Source: Lama guanicoe (Eukaryota). Taken from it: a stretch of DNA of 37,191 nt. The notes beneath the pieces are model-generated. The model saw only the letters and a list, made by a program, of their open reading frames with translations. It was not told the DNA's origin and made no database searches. The stretch covers positions 2,530,507 through 2,567,697 of the forward strand of contig MU053376.1 of assembly GCA_013239625.1 (NCBI GenBank), in the 5' to 3' direction. Shown here piece by piece: positions 12,281-25,880 of the stretch. The position numbers and the translations under genes are program-made. Within the stretch, counting starts at the first letter, position 1. Each line of letters opens with the position of its first letter.

Positions 12281-15200
12281 TAACACTTTTTATTAATTTG
12301 TAATAATTTCACAATGTTGTGTCAAATTCCAGTGTAGAGCACAATTTTTCAGTTATACATGAACATGCATATATTCACTGTCACATTTTTTTCTCTGTGA
12401 GCTACCACAAGATCTCGTTTATATTTCCCTGTGCTATACAGTATAATCTTGTTTATCTATTCTGCATTTTAAAATCCTATTCTGTCCCTTCCCACCCCCT
12501 TGGCAACCACAAGTTTGTATTCTATGTCTATGCGTCTGTTTCTGTTTTGTATTTATGCTTTTTTTTTTTTAGATCCTCATATGAGCGATCTCATATGGTA
12601 TTTTTCTTTCTCTTTCTTGATTACTTCACTTAGAATGACATTCTCCAGGAACATCCATGTTGCTGCAAATGGTGTTATGTTGTCGGGTTTTGTGGCTGAA
12701 TAGTATTCCATCGTATAAATATACCACTTCTTCTTTATTCAGTCATCTGTTGATGGACATCTAGGCTGCTTCCATATCTTGGCTATTGTAAATATTGCTG
12801 CTATGAATATTGGGGTGCCAGTGTCATTTTGAAGTAGGGATCCTTCTGGATATATGCCTAGGAGTGGGATTACTGGGTCACATGGTAAGTCTATTCCTAG
12901 TCTTTTGAGGAATCTCCATACTGTTTTCCGCAGTGGCTTTCCTTGCTTCCCTCTCCCACTCTTAATGATTTAGATGTCTTATTTTACAATTTTGTGTTTA
13001 TTCTTTTTGCAATTCATGGCAGTTATCTCCTTTCCAGTTATGAGTTTCTCATTTTTGTAGCATCCTGCTTCTTTTCTATTTTGAGTAAACCTGTCAATAT
13101 TTCTTTTAGCATGGGTTTAGTGTTGCTAAACTCTTTTAATTTTTGCTTGTCTGTGAAGTTCTTTATCTCTCCTTCTATTCTAAAGGATAGCCTTGCTGGA
13201 TAGAGTATCCCAGGCTGCATCTTTTTTCCTTTCAGGACTTTGAATATATCTTGCCACTCCCTTCTGGCCTGTAGTGTTTGTGTAGAGAAATCAGCTGAGA
13301 GCCTTATGGGGGTTCCCTTGTAACTCACTCTTTGTTTTTCTCTTGCTGTCTTTAGGATCATTTCTTTATCCTTGACTCTGGCCATCTTGATTATGATATG
13401 TCTTGGTGTGAGTCTGTTTGGGTTCTTCCTGTTTGGAACCCTCTGAGCCTCCTGTACTTGGATATCTGATTCCTTTAGGTTTGGGAAGTTTTCAGTCATG
13501 ATTTCTTCAAAACCTTTTCAATTGCCTTTGTTCTTTCTTCCCCTTCTGGAATCCCTATTATGCATAGATTGGCACACTTTATATTATCTCATAGGTTCCT
13601 AATATTGTTTTCATTGTTTTTTATTTGTTTTTCTCTCAGCTGTTCTGATTGTGTGCTTTCTGTTGTCCTGTCTTCTTGGTCACTTATTCGTTCCTCTGCA
13701 TTATCTAGTCTGCTTTGTACAGCCTTTAGGTCAGCTCTCATCTCAGCAAATGGGTTTACTAATTCTACTCTGTTCTTTTTACAGCTTCTATTTCATTTTT
13801 GACATATTTTATATCTCTAAACACTATTTCTTTTAGTTCCTTTAGTACTTTGATCACTCCTTTCTTGAAATCTTGATCTAGTAGGCCATCAATGTCTATT
13901 TCCTTGATCGTGCTTACAGGGGATTTCTCTTGATCTTTTAATTGCTTCTTCTCTGCTTCTTGATATTGCTCATATCTCTCTGGCACTGTGGTTTAAGAAG
14001 TATCAGTTATCTAGTTCTCCTGGAGATGCTGTGCTCCTAATGATTTTATTGAGAGGTCTTGTGTCTTTGCCCTGTTTCGCCTACTCAGCTTGCAGTTTCC
14101 AGAGGCCCTCTGTTGGTGCCCTCATCTGTGCTGCTCCCAGTGGCTGTCGGCTAGCAGATCGCGCCCCCTCCTAACACTGGGTCAGGAGCTGAGCTCTTAC
14201 CCAGTGGGTGGACGGGTCTCTCCCTCTCCCAATGCTGCCGTCGGATGCTACGCTTAGGGGGAGACAGGTGGGCGGATTGTGCCCCCTCCCAGCACCATGG
14301 TCAGGTGCTGCATTCCTGCCAGGAAGATGGGTTGCTGCCTGTCCTTTCCTGGTGCTGGTCGCTCAGCTGCTCTGTGCAGCTGCCCACTCTGCCTAGGGTT
14401 GGCGCTCTGAAGGTGGGCTCGGGGAGACCGCAGAATGGCCCGGCTCCTGCTCCGTGCCAAATCTCAGCTCCTTGTTTGTCTTGGTGGCACAAGTTCTCTG
14501 AGGTTCCAGGGCAGAAAGATCCTATCTGCCTCGGGCTGTAGACAAGTCTCAGTCCTGCCTAGGAGGTTGTGGAGCCCCCAGTGTGGATTCAGGCCTCGGC
14601 CCCGCCCCTGCCCAGGCGCTCGCACAGGAGGAGGTGGTGGCTGCGGCTGCGCCCTGCCTCTCTTCTCGCGAGAAGCGCCAGTAATGGCAGCGTAGGTCTG
14701 AGGAGACAAAGGCTACGGCACCCCTCCCCCCAGGGCACACCAGCCATGTTGCTTTGCTTTTTTCACAATTTATGGGGGACCGAGGTTGTTCTGCTCTGTA
14801 TCCCCTCCCAGCCACGGCACGCAGCCCCCTGCAGTCCCCCGGGGCTGCCTCAGTGCAGCCGCCCCCGTTCTCTGCCTGGCTTGGGTGGCCCATCCCGGCC
14901 CCAGCTGCTGGCTTGCATCTCAGGCTGGGTGTTGTGGGGACCCTTTGTGCCCATTTACCTCAGTTCTGTCAGTCAAGGGGTGCTCGGGACAGATCTGAGC
15001 CTCTGAGGTTCCCCCTCCGTCCTGCTGGCCTCTCCATTGGAGGGGGGGATGCCCCGTGAACGAGTGCCAGTCCTCCTTTGCTGCTCCCTTCCTGTGGGAC
15101 CGGTCCCACACTGTTTTGCTTTTTCTTCTTACTTTTTTCCTTTTCTCCTACCAGATTTTTGGTATCTTTGTCTTTCGAAGAGGGCAATGTTTTGTCAGAG

Positions 15201-15310
15201 TTCAGCAGGTGCTCTGGTTGGCTGCATAGGTCCGTAGATGTGAGTTTTGGTGTATTTGTGGGAGAGGGTGAGCTACGAGCATCCTTCTACACTGCCATCT
15301 TGCTTCTCTC
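12248..15310 (-). mobile_element. 5'-complete ~3.06 kb L1 with 5'UTR, ORF1 and 3' end but lacking nearly all of ORF2 (HAL1-like)
   Basis: 14-bp TSD tatccttgggagtt (12234-12247, 15311-15324); 5' end gagagaagcAAGATGGC (YY1-like); GC-rich 5'UTR; ORF1 remnant; jumps at ~12937 to the ORF2 C-terminal segment ([10 protein letters not shown]) and 3'UTR; (AAAT)n tail. Confidence 0.9.
13038..13986 (-). pseudogene. L1 ORF1p remnant (coiled coil, RRM, CTD), frameshifted
   Basis: ORF 13038-13499 has ENFPNL, PRHIIIKM, AREK, GTPIRLSADFS, ARREW and LYPARLSF motifs. The N-terminal part (13765-13986) is separated from it by frameshifts and stops. Confidence 0.92.
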
Positions 15311-15354
15311 TATCCTTGGGAGTTTATGCCTTTTAAAATTCTATTATCATTTAG

Positions 15355-15412
15355 TGAAATGATAATATGAATATAAATAATGAATATGAATGATAATATG
15401 AATATGAATATG
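15355..15412. repeat. Degenerate (AATATG)n simple repeat
   Basis: Seen directly. Confidence 0.7.
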
Positions 15413-15449
15413 TTGAACTTGTTATCTTTAACGAGCCATCCCATTTAAC

Positions 15450-17150
15450 CCAACCCACATCCATCTGGCTTCCTTTTCCACTATTTCCCTGAAATGGCTC
15501 TTGTTCATCAATGAGTTCTAGGTCGCCAAATTCTACAGACTCTTCTAAACCTCCTCTAACTTGATCTTCATACAACATCTGACTAATATCCAACATTGTT
15601 TGACCATGTTCTGTTTCTCAAATAACTATTTTCTCTTGGATTTCATGACATGAAATTCTCACACATCTCTGATAATTCTCAGTTATCTTTGGTGGCTCTT
15701 CTTTAACTGACTTCTAAATGCTGGTCCTTTTTCCTTTATCTCTGTGGTTTGGTGCTGAGCCTTCCGCTCTTCACAAACTCTCTCTAGTTGATCTCTTCCA
15801 CTCTTCTATCTTTTAACTATTTATAGCTCAAGAAATCCAAAATTTAGATCTTAATATTTAGACATAGTTTTTGAACTTCCAGTCTATAGTTGTCTATATG
15901 ATATCTTTTCAGATGATTCAGAAACATCTTAAACCTAACATGTCTAAAGTCTTATTTTCTGTATTCTTTCCAAATATTCTCCCTCTCCCTTGTCCATGGG
16001 TCAGTAAATGTCACTTTCATCCACCAGTGGCTTGAGTAAAAGCCCTGAGAGATATTCTAGATGCTTCCCTCTCTCTTACTCCTCATGTCACCAAGTCCTG
16101 GAAATCCTATCTCCAAAGTATATCTTAAAACTATCCTCTTCTATTAATGTTTATCTAGTCCAAGCTATCATCCATTTATTAGCTTTTCATCCTTAAAGAA
16201 GTTATCAAATCTCTCTAATCCCAAGTAACCATATCTACAAAATACATAAGATAATAATAATATATATCCCATAGAGTTATTGTGAGGATTACATGACATA
16301 ATGAAAATGCTCTGTAAGCACTCAAAGATGCTATCATAATTATTACATCATCATTTATATATGTCATATATATATGAGGCAGTAGCCTCCTCCTAACTGG
16401 TCCTCCATTTCCATTCTTGCCCCCTTAATCCATTCCCTGCAGGGCAGTTGAAATGACGTGGAGAAACATAAATTTGATGCCTTCCTTAAAATGCTTTAAT
16501 GTCCTCCCAATGTTCTTTGGATATTCCTAAATCACACATTAACATCATTCATTTATATGTTCATTCAAATAAGTATTGAATGCCTACTATGTGTCCAATT
16601 CTTTATTAGGTGCTGAGAATACAATGGTAATAAGAAAGAACCAGTCCTTGCCCTCATGGACAAACTACTTGGGGACACAAATACAAAATAAACAAGCCAA
16701 TAAATGTGGTACATATGAATTAGGGTAAGTGCTTAATATAGCTTACGGATGTTGTAAATCTGAATACTTGCTTCAAAAACTTCATCTCGTGTTCCTCTTT
16801 CCCTGTTTACCACACTATTTCCACACTATTGCCTGGAAAATATTTCATTTTCTCCTGCAACATAGTGTTTGCAAATGTTATACCCTATACTTGGAATGTT
16901 CTTCTTACTCATAAGTTAGGACTAACTCCTATTTATGCTTCAGGTTTCAGCTTAAATGTCACTTTCTCAAAAAAGCTTTCCCAGATTAATCACTTTTGAT
17001 TAGATTCTCCAAACCTAGTATTCTCTTCATAGCATCTCTATTTCTGTTCCTTTATAGCATTGTTTCCCCTCACCCATCCCATGTATTCTCAGCATCCATG
17101 GTAGTTCCTAGAACAACATTAACAATCACAAATGCGTATTGAATGAATGA
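15450..17150. mobile_element. Cluster of L2 relics with an embedded MIR (~16220-16330) and an inverted L2 3' end (~16545-16660)
   Basis: catcttaaacctaacatgtctaaa; cttcaggtttcagcttaaatgtcactttctca; terminal tattgaatgaatga; cattcaaataagtattgaatgcctactatgtgtcc; MIR core ttattgtgaggatta. Confidence 0.6.
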
Positions 17151-20100
17151 CTATCTTTGTAATTCTGAGGCATTTGATACCATATAGTACAAGAATTTTT
17201 AAAAACTGCTTAACAATTTATCTGAGATAAACTGACTTTAGTTGTTCTAGCCAAATTCAAGATAATTTTCTCAGTCTTCATTGTCATAGATTAAGAGTGA
17301 AAAAAATAAGGCTCGATGTGAAAGGATGGGTCTAATGGGGAGAGTCACTTTGGCAGAAAGTCAACATAATTCGAAGTCTGTTCCTTAGTTTTGTAGGTTT
17401 AAAAAAAGGTTAGTTTACTCCATAATATTCAAGCTCTGGGAGAAGTAATTTAATCCAATAAAATTAATAAGAGAATTAATTATCAATCCCAATGCAAAGT
17501 AGTTAAATCATAGAAGTTTGGAATTCTATAGTTGTAAAGTTCTGTACACAATTAGGATGGATAATTTTGTGAAATACCTCACATAATAGACTCTAAAAAA
17601 TGATTCTCATTCGATGATAAAGGACATAGTTTCTACTTAATTCAATATAAATATCCAATAGGATAGAAGTGAACTGTGCGAGACATTCATGGTTACTTGA
17701 TAAAGTACTTCTTCCTTCTGGACAGTTTTAAATAAATACTGACAAATTCTTACTATTCCCCCTCCTCCATTGCTGATGATAAAATTGTTATTAAATCATT
17801 TGCTTCATATTTCCACTTCCAAGATTATATCTTTTTTTAAAAACAATTTTTTGGTAGAGTTGTTTCTTGATTATCATAAAAAAGGTGTTGCTGAGGACCC
17901 CCATTTCCAGTAATGCTGGACTAGGTAATTCAGATAAACCCTCCTTGCAGAAGTAGTGGGGAGCCGAAAATGTGGTGAAGAATTTGAAGAATTGCCAGGC
18001 CTGTATCAGGATGAGGATAGAGGTCGGGTGTGATGTAAACAACATTTGAGGCCACTTTTCCTCTGGAGACATTCCTCTCTTCCAGAATGGTTGCCTGAGA
18101 TGCTACAGGATGCTTCTGGTAGCTCCACAGAAGCAAGGGATCAGAGACTGGAGTCCAGGATCCCTAATGGTTGGAACCTAGTGAACCACACTTACTGTGC
18201 GTTGGGATCTCAAGGAGCTGCACCCCAGGAGTGAGCACGAACTCCCTCGACACTGGGGAGGGGACGAGCTGTGTCGGACTTACTAAGTTATGGTTATGTC
18301 TATATATTCTACTTTATTAGCTACTTCAGGTCTTATCAGGAATAGTTTTTTCTATATTTTGTATTTAACCTCAGCATTGATTTTGAACTTGACTTGAGTA
18401 AGCTTCAACTTCAAATTAACAGCTTTCAGCCTACTGCAATTATTTAAGAGGGCCATTATTAGGGTTTTAGAGCAAGGCCAAGTCACTGTGGCACCAACTC
18501 TAATAGCTTAACTAATAAAGGCCTTCAACTGAATACACAGAAATTGTAAGTTCAGAAAACTCTTTCTGGTGTAAGGAAAGAATTTTATGACAGGCAGTGA
18601 AACAGTTAAGAGGGAGGCAGGTACTAAAGCAAAGAGAAAGGACTATTTATTCTCAGAGCTGTTTCCTCATGAATTCTCGATTATTTTTTAAATCACACAT
18701 GTGGAACTTACTAAAGTTTTCGTGAGTTTGGGGAAATATGTTCATGATACCCTGGCAGTTGATTTTATCTGATTAATGCCCTCAAAAATCTATGAACACA
18801 ATAGAGACAAAGACAAGTCAGAAAAAACTTTTAAATACAGGAACTATTTGAGATGCTGCCTTTTCTATTCTTGAATCTCTCATTTTAGTTTTAGAAATAT
18901 AATAAAATAAGCATAGTATATACTACTCCCAAATATAGAAGCTCTACTTTGCAGCCTCCACCATATTACTAAATATGAGTGCAAGCCACTTCTTTCCAAA
19001 CACTAATGGATGGAAGAGAAAAAGAAAAATAAAAAAAAAACTCAAATACTTTTTTTTTCTAGGGAAGAAGTTCTTTTTGTAATTATTCATTTCACAACTA
19101 GCATTTGAAACAAAATTTTCAAGATGTCGGGGCATAACAACTTGTAACTATTTTTCATAAGGCAGAAGTTACATTGCAATACTCGAAAGCATCCTCTTTT
19201 CTATTTATGTTAGGTTTTTAAGGTAAATTTTACTTCGTAATGGTCACCCCTTATTGGTCAGAGTTCTTTCCTATAGAGCCTCAGAGAATAAATCTAATTC
19301 ATCTTTCAAATAACGCTTTTCCAAATGTGAAGTTGGCCATCACCATCAATCTGCTATCCCTTTTCTCTGGGTACATTCTACAGTTCCTTCAGCTCAACAT
19401 GACAGCTATCAAACCTTCGTTTTCCCATCGTTTTACAGGCAAAATCTCATCCATATTTCCTATGCAATGTGATTAAAGCAGGATGCATTAACACTATTGC
19501 TGCTGCTGCTGCTGCTTCTTCTTTTTAAAGCTCATTTAACAATTAAAATGCAACTATTTCTTCAGCCCCAGTCACATCACCCTGTTGGGATCAGAATTAT
19601 AGTTAAGTACTATTGCTATTTCTTTGTCAACTCAACTATGAAACCAGGTTTTATTCTCGCTGGACTCACACAGTGGGTTGTTTTAGAACTTGAGGGCAGG
19701 ACTTCACATTTATGAGTTATTTGATTTTAGGATTTTCAGCCTGTTAAGGTTTTTGAATTGTCATTTATTGTACTATCAGCCTTCTCTGGATTTATACTAT
19801 CTGTAAATTCTAATAACTATCTTAAGTAGTGGGTTAAGATAGACTGCATGAGGCTAAGGCCATAGGGCTGACAGAAGCCATCAGAGGTCTCTGGAAGTTG
19901 ATACTGATGCGTTAAAGTAACCGTGGTCATAGTTGTGGTTCTGACTTCCACCATGCATCAACATTGCCTTGAGGGCTTGTTATAACAGATTTTTGGCCTC
20001 ATTTATTTCTGATTTCTTTCTTGATCTGCATTTCTAAAAGTGGCCAGGTAATGTGATGAACAGTTTGCGAAGCATTGCTTTATGGGTGCAGTTAATTGTT

Positions 20101-20771
20101 GAACAAGATACAACCACATGAGACTCCTTACAAACCTTTTCATATGAGGTTTGGCTTGACTTATTCTAAGTTTGGATTTATGCCAATTCCCAAACACATC
20201 CTTTGTTCTGGTGAACAAATTGATTAGATTGCATTATGGTTCCACTTCCATAATTTTAAAGCTTTCAATGAGAAGGAAATAAAAGTAGTTCAATTTAGTT
20301 AGCAGAAACCTGGCCAATTCCAAGAATCCCAGTGTCGTTTCAAACAAATGTTTAAATGCTGACATCGTGAATAATTAATTATCAAGTAAATTCTCCCAGA
20401 GAGATGTTGCAGCTTCCAAACAGATCTAAGTTCACAGAGATCTCAGCCTATTATAAATGAAAGGGAACTTGCAGCCTTTCCACTTTGACAATTTGTCAGC
20501 AACAGACGCTGAATTACAACTTTCAGGAGCTGATTGCATACCAGAAAATCAAGAGTCAAAGAAGGGAAATTTCAGATACCCTCTGGTGTTTGACATGAGA
20601 AACTAAAATGTTTCTTCTTTCTAAGTCACTAAGTTTCCACCTACAGCGTGAGACTTGGCAGAAATTGGCACACAAGTCAAAGTGGTTGTCTATCAGCTTT
20701 TGATAATAAATATGTAACTTGAAGTGTAGCAGCTGTTCACTGGCCCTCTGCCCTTCCCCAAATATGCTCAG

Positions 20772-23700
20772 ACAACAATATTTTCACTTCATTTATTCCT
20801 TCAAAACAAGTCACTTCATACAATAGCATTTAGGTATTTAAAATTATACACCTCATAAATAAAATCAATGCATCTTAATGACAAAGGCAAAATCACATAA
20901 GAGTTGTACAAAATGAAATTAGACATCTCCCAGGTAGCAGCAGTGCACTAACTTTGAAAAAATGATGGCAAATAAACAAAGGAATATTTTTAAAACAAGA
21001 AAGCACTGTCCATTTTCATTAAGGAAAAAATAGTTTCTTACACCAAGAGAAACAGAACTTGGTTCTGTTTTGTCCTTCCTTACTACTTTTCAAGTCATAT
21101 TTTAAAGCTCTAAATTTGATGGTTTGGTGGGTTTCTTTTTGCTCCAGGAATTTCAACCTCTATTGCATTAACACAGGAAATATAGGACTACTGTTACCCC
21201 CTATTCCTTTTGACAAGCTATATTTTAAGGTTAATTCAACACCCTTTTAAAGGAAAAAAAAATTACTCTTCACTAAGGAAATTATATTTCCTGTAAACAG
21301 CTTATGTCACGATGGCACCAAGGTGAACTGGGAAACTGACAAGAAGCAGGTGCCCTGGTCCTTTTAAGCAAATTATAGGCTATAGCTAACCAAGTATCCT
21401 ATACTAGTTACGAAGTCAGGCTCATGTAATCTTAGTAGAAATTGTAAACCTTTCTTAAGTTAATTTATTTACTTATAGCTTAACTAAATCATATCTTCAC
21501 TATCCCTAAACTTCTAGATGTAGGTTTGTAATTTTAAAAACAAGTATAAAAAGGCATCATAGCAAAATGCTTATATTTGTGGTTTTATATTTTACTGACA
21601 AGCTTTTCAGTTGTGGCCTTGCTACATTCAATGCCAAGAAATGGGCGAGGGGGGTTAAGGTGACACAAAGGCATTGCTTAAAAATTTTTCTGAAAAGCAT
21701 AATTCAGGATTAGGAATGCACTCATTTGAGGATCTCTTTTGTTTACGTGGTACTTCATTTTCTGGCCCCTATCTCCCTTTACTCTAAAACAGTAGGGTTA
21801 TCAATCTCTAAACTCTATCAACCAAGACCCAAATCAGCACCCCACAATTCTGTATCAATGTAATAATTTCTTCAAAGTCAAATATTCATAGCACTGTAAA
21901 CAAAATGTCAGCTAAGTTTTGGAGAAGATGGAAAAAAAAACACCCTTTCAGTCAGGGAAGTCTTAATAATATTTTTAAGTTGGCTGAAATATCTCAACTC
22001 TTAGAAGAAAACATCTTTAGTTAATAAACTTGCTTATTCAAATCAAGTGTTTCACTTTATACTTAAAAATGTTGCGTATACGTGATACTTTTAAAACCTC
22101 TGACTCAAAAATCAGCTCCCTTAAAATAAGTTTGCTTAGAAACAATAAAGAGTTTTAAGGATCTAATCTTTTAAAAATTGTAGTAGTCATCTTTGTGCTA
22201 CAAGGACAAATCTGAATACCGCATTGTACAATGAATAATAAACAATCACATTACAGAAATAAGTAACATTTTGAAAGCTAGGGACAAAGCGTGCTTCTAA
22301 GTTACTGAAATCGAGTTCTACTGTTACCAAACACCAGCATATTGTATCACTGGATACACTATACACTGATGGTAACTGTTGATTTAGAAGAGCTGACTGT
22401 TAGCAACTCAAGAGTTACATTTTAATATCTTGGATAAGATCCCTGGAGAGGGCTGACATGTAAACTTTTATTTCATATTTTTAAAGTGCTGCAAACAATA
22501 ACAAAAGCATGTTCTCAACACATGAAAGAACATAAAAATCTTAATATATGAAAATTTAGGAAGGCCACCTGATTCATAAAGAAAAAAAAATCACTCTGCT
22601 AATTCTGTATACTCCCCATTCAACTTTTTCAAAAAGGACATAGAAAACTGTTCAGTTAGGATAACTTGCAACATTCATGTTTTAATGCCTACACAAGATG
22701 GAAAGAATAAGCTACAAATGCAAGTTAGGTCTGGGTATTTAGAGGCATGTATAGGTAAGTAATACAGCGTTAATTCATTCCTGATTATGACTTTGCTGGG
22801 AATTGAACTTCATGGAATAATCAAGTGGCGTGACTGTATTAGTTTTTGTCAACAGGGTCAAGCTGACCAGCCCCCAAACTTTCCAAGATACCACATGACT
22901 GTGCTCATTATCCATCCATGGGAATCAATTAAGAAATCAACCATGAACCATTCACAGAAGATGTACCACACTGATGTCTTCACAGGGCTATCATATCACA
23001 AAATTCCCAGAGAGATACATTTGAACTTCTGAAATCACTCTATCCAGAAGTGTATCTTGATGGCCCTGTATCTAATCTACAAATCCAAAGACGGCTAAGG
23101 GAAAGAAGAGTAAGGGAAGGGAAGAGTAGGGGATCGGAAAGCACAATCTTCAGTCATTCTGCTACTAATGTAAACTATCCTTATTTTAATTAAAAAAAGA
23201 AAACAAACTCTTGTATGGCAGTCAAAAACTGAATGAATAGGAAGAAGGGTTTCACTCTGCTCAAGTGCAAATTTAAGAAAAAATTCATTTTAATCCTGCT
23301 GCAAGGTTTACAAAATTCTCAAGATTAGAATTTACATACACTAATAAATTAATTTCCAGAGTATAATAAGTGCAATTAAAAAAATCTTTAAGTTCTTTTG
23401 AGGCTTAGAAGCTTGAGTTCACAATAAGTACGTTTAGGTTTTTAATTCCCAATAATTAAATCAAATGGTCTGCAAATAGTGCTTCATCTTGAATTTCCCA
23501 TGATCAAAACATTAAAATCCTAGTGCTGAATTTCAGCAGATGATTAAGTTAAAAAGTCATTATTGAGAGTGATCTATCAGTGATTAACTGAGGAATGCAC
23601 AACCTAGTTAATATGTAAATTAGAAATAAAACAAGATCTCCTGAATAAATGTCTGACACTTGTTATCACAGCATAAGCTTAAATATGCAAACAAAAACAC

Positions 23701-25880
23701 TTAAAATGAGTTTTAATTTTATAAAATATCAGGTTGTACTTCCTTCCATTTGTTAAATTAAAATCAAATGTAGATAAAGTATTCTCAATTTTAAAGTGAC
23801 AGAAATTTATGTTGGGAAACACATCAATATATGCCTGGTACATTATAAATTACTCAATAAATATTTGTTGCATGAATAGACATCACTAAAATTCCAATAA
23901 GCAAATATCAAGTTTGGCCCCTGAAATACTTAAAAAAGGAAGGCAAGGTTTATGAATAATGATGCATAAAGCTCAGATTGATGGCTGTTACCCAGTGGTA
24001 TACTCTTAACTTACAGCTTTAAATTTAATATTTTCTGGGGGAAATAAGAGATACAAAATCCTTTAGACCAGATGACAGCTACAACGAGATTTTCAATCAT
24101 GTTCTTCTGTACATATTATGATTGCCAAACATTAAGTATCACAAGCTCACAAATGCTATTTTTAAGGCTCAGTAAAATAGAAAATTAAACACTTTTGAGT
24201 TATACTGACTATAACACCTTAATGCAAAGAGCTGTCCATACAAAAGGTACTCAGGAAATGTTATCTAATGATTTCAAGCATAATTCGTGAATTGCTCCTT
24301 AAAGATACTTCCCCCTAAATTGTTTCATGTTCCTTAATTTTATATGGCCACCTCCACCAAGTGAAAGTGCTAGAAGTGAATTTCAATTTTAAAACACCTG
24401 CCAAGAGGTACGCTAAAACAGACGTAAGAGCTTTAAAGTACACCACTGGTTTTCTAAGTGAGACACTTAATTAAAAAATGAGACCAAGATAACAAAACTT
24501 CACAACATTAAGCCTTTTCACATTATGTGAGATGATACATAACACATTATAATTTAGCATCCCTGATCTTCAGAAGAATTAAGAAAAGAGGTAGAAAACT
24601 TTTATCTGGAAGATCTCAGAGTGAAGCTAAGTTTTAGAGGGTGTGCCTTGTGGATTAGCCCACCAAGCAAATGGCTACGCATCTAATTATTAGGAAGAAG
24701 CAGAATTCTGAGAAAGCGGAATAAGGCAAGGATTTAAAAATTGTCATCTTTTTGGAAGTGAAACAAATTCATTCAGTATTATTATCCCCATTACTTTAAA
24801 ACTCCGCAAAAGTCAAAGTAAAAGATTGTGGATAAGCAAAGTGCTAGTTTGCAGAAACATGAAATTTTTTAAAAGAGCATTAGTGTGGGATAAGGCTCGC
24901 ATGAAAACACACACTGTTTAGGGAAGCAAAGGAGCTCACAAAAACCAAACCAAAGCATAGTGTTATCACTTGACATGAAAATTTTGGGGGGAGTTGGAAG
25001 AAGTGCTCTTAACAAATTTGAGGAAATTAAATATCTCCAGATGAATCTTTAGGTAAAAAGGCAAAAATCGAGCACTAAAATTTTGAAGAACTTCAATGAA
25101 AAAAACATATCCCGCTTAATTTTAAAGTTTTATGCAATGTGACAAAGATGAATACACGAGCTGCATTAAAACAAGAGGCCAATGGTCTTTTAAAGCTTCA
25201 GTAAGCTGCTCAGGCACCTTTTCCCTCTTACATTCTACTTTTATACACTAGAAGCCCTAATGTGGGCACTGCCAACTCCTGCTTTTAGGTAACATTCTCA
25301 AGGGCTAGACTCACCCCTGTGAAAACTGCTTGTTCTGTACTTGTAGGTGGTGAAGTACACGTTCACAAAGTCTACCAAACTGCAGTATGAAACCAGCTTT
25401 GACAATTCTGAGTATCTTCATTTGAGGAATCCATTCATAATTTAAAGACTACTAACTCAGAGTTTTTAAAAGGACTCAATTACTGGAGACACCGTGGTTT
25501 ATGTCCAGTGGCCTCACCCAAGGCCTTCTGCATTACCCAAAATAGGAAGCTGCTTTCTTCTCCAAGTGAATGCTGCCGGGTGCTAGTTTATAATACTACA
25601 ACTCAATCTTCAGGTTCGTGTCAGTAGGTAGGTAGCAAGGACCACCTGTTCTGTCACCCCAGCAAAAAGAGGGCATGTATCACCACTGTAGACACACATC
25701 TGTAAACTTGCACACTAATTTTAATCTTAACAAGGAATTCAGTTTCTTAGTGGTTTTAGGTTAAAAGGATGGTTCAAGCATCGTGTTCTTTTGTTCTTTA
25801 GGGTTACAAATAGCTTATTGGAAAACCCAGAGCCTTCTGGATCTGTGAGGTAGTAGGCTTCAATCCTCATCATGCATGGA
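20772..25880 (-). other. YOD1: YOD1 long 3'UTR
   Basis: AT-rich, repeat-poor region between the stop codon and AATAAA with many miRNA seed matches; 3' end inferred. Confidence 0.65.
20792..20797 (-). terminator. YOD1: Probable YOD1 distal polyadenylation signal AATAAA
   Basis: tttatt on + strand, ~5.1 kb after the stop codon, consistent with the ~6 kb mammalian YOD1 mRNA as I recall it. Confidence 0.6.

Noticed and set aside
14208..15362. Many overlapping 60-145 aa ORFs on both strands
   Set aside because: Expected by-product of the GC-rich L1 5'UTR; no recognisable protein similarity.
17880..18340. GC-richer patch, possibly an old L1 5' end or LTR fragment
   Set aside because: Family and boundaries could not be assigned by eye.
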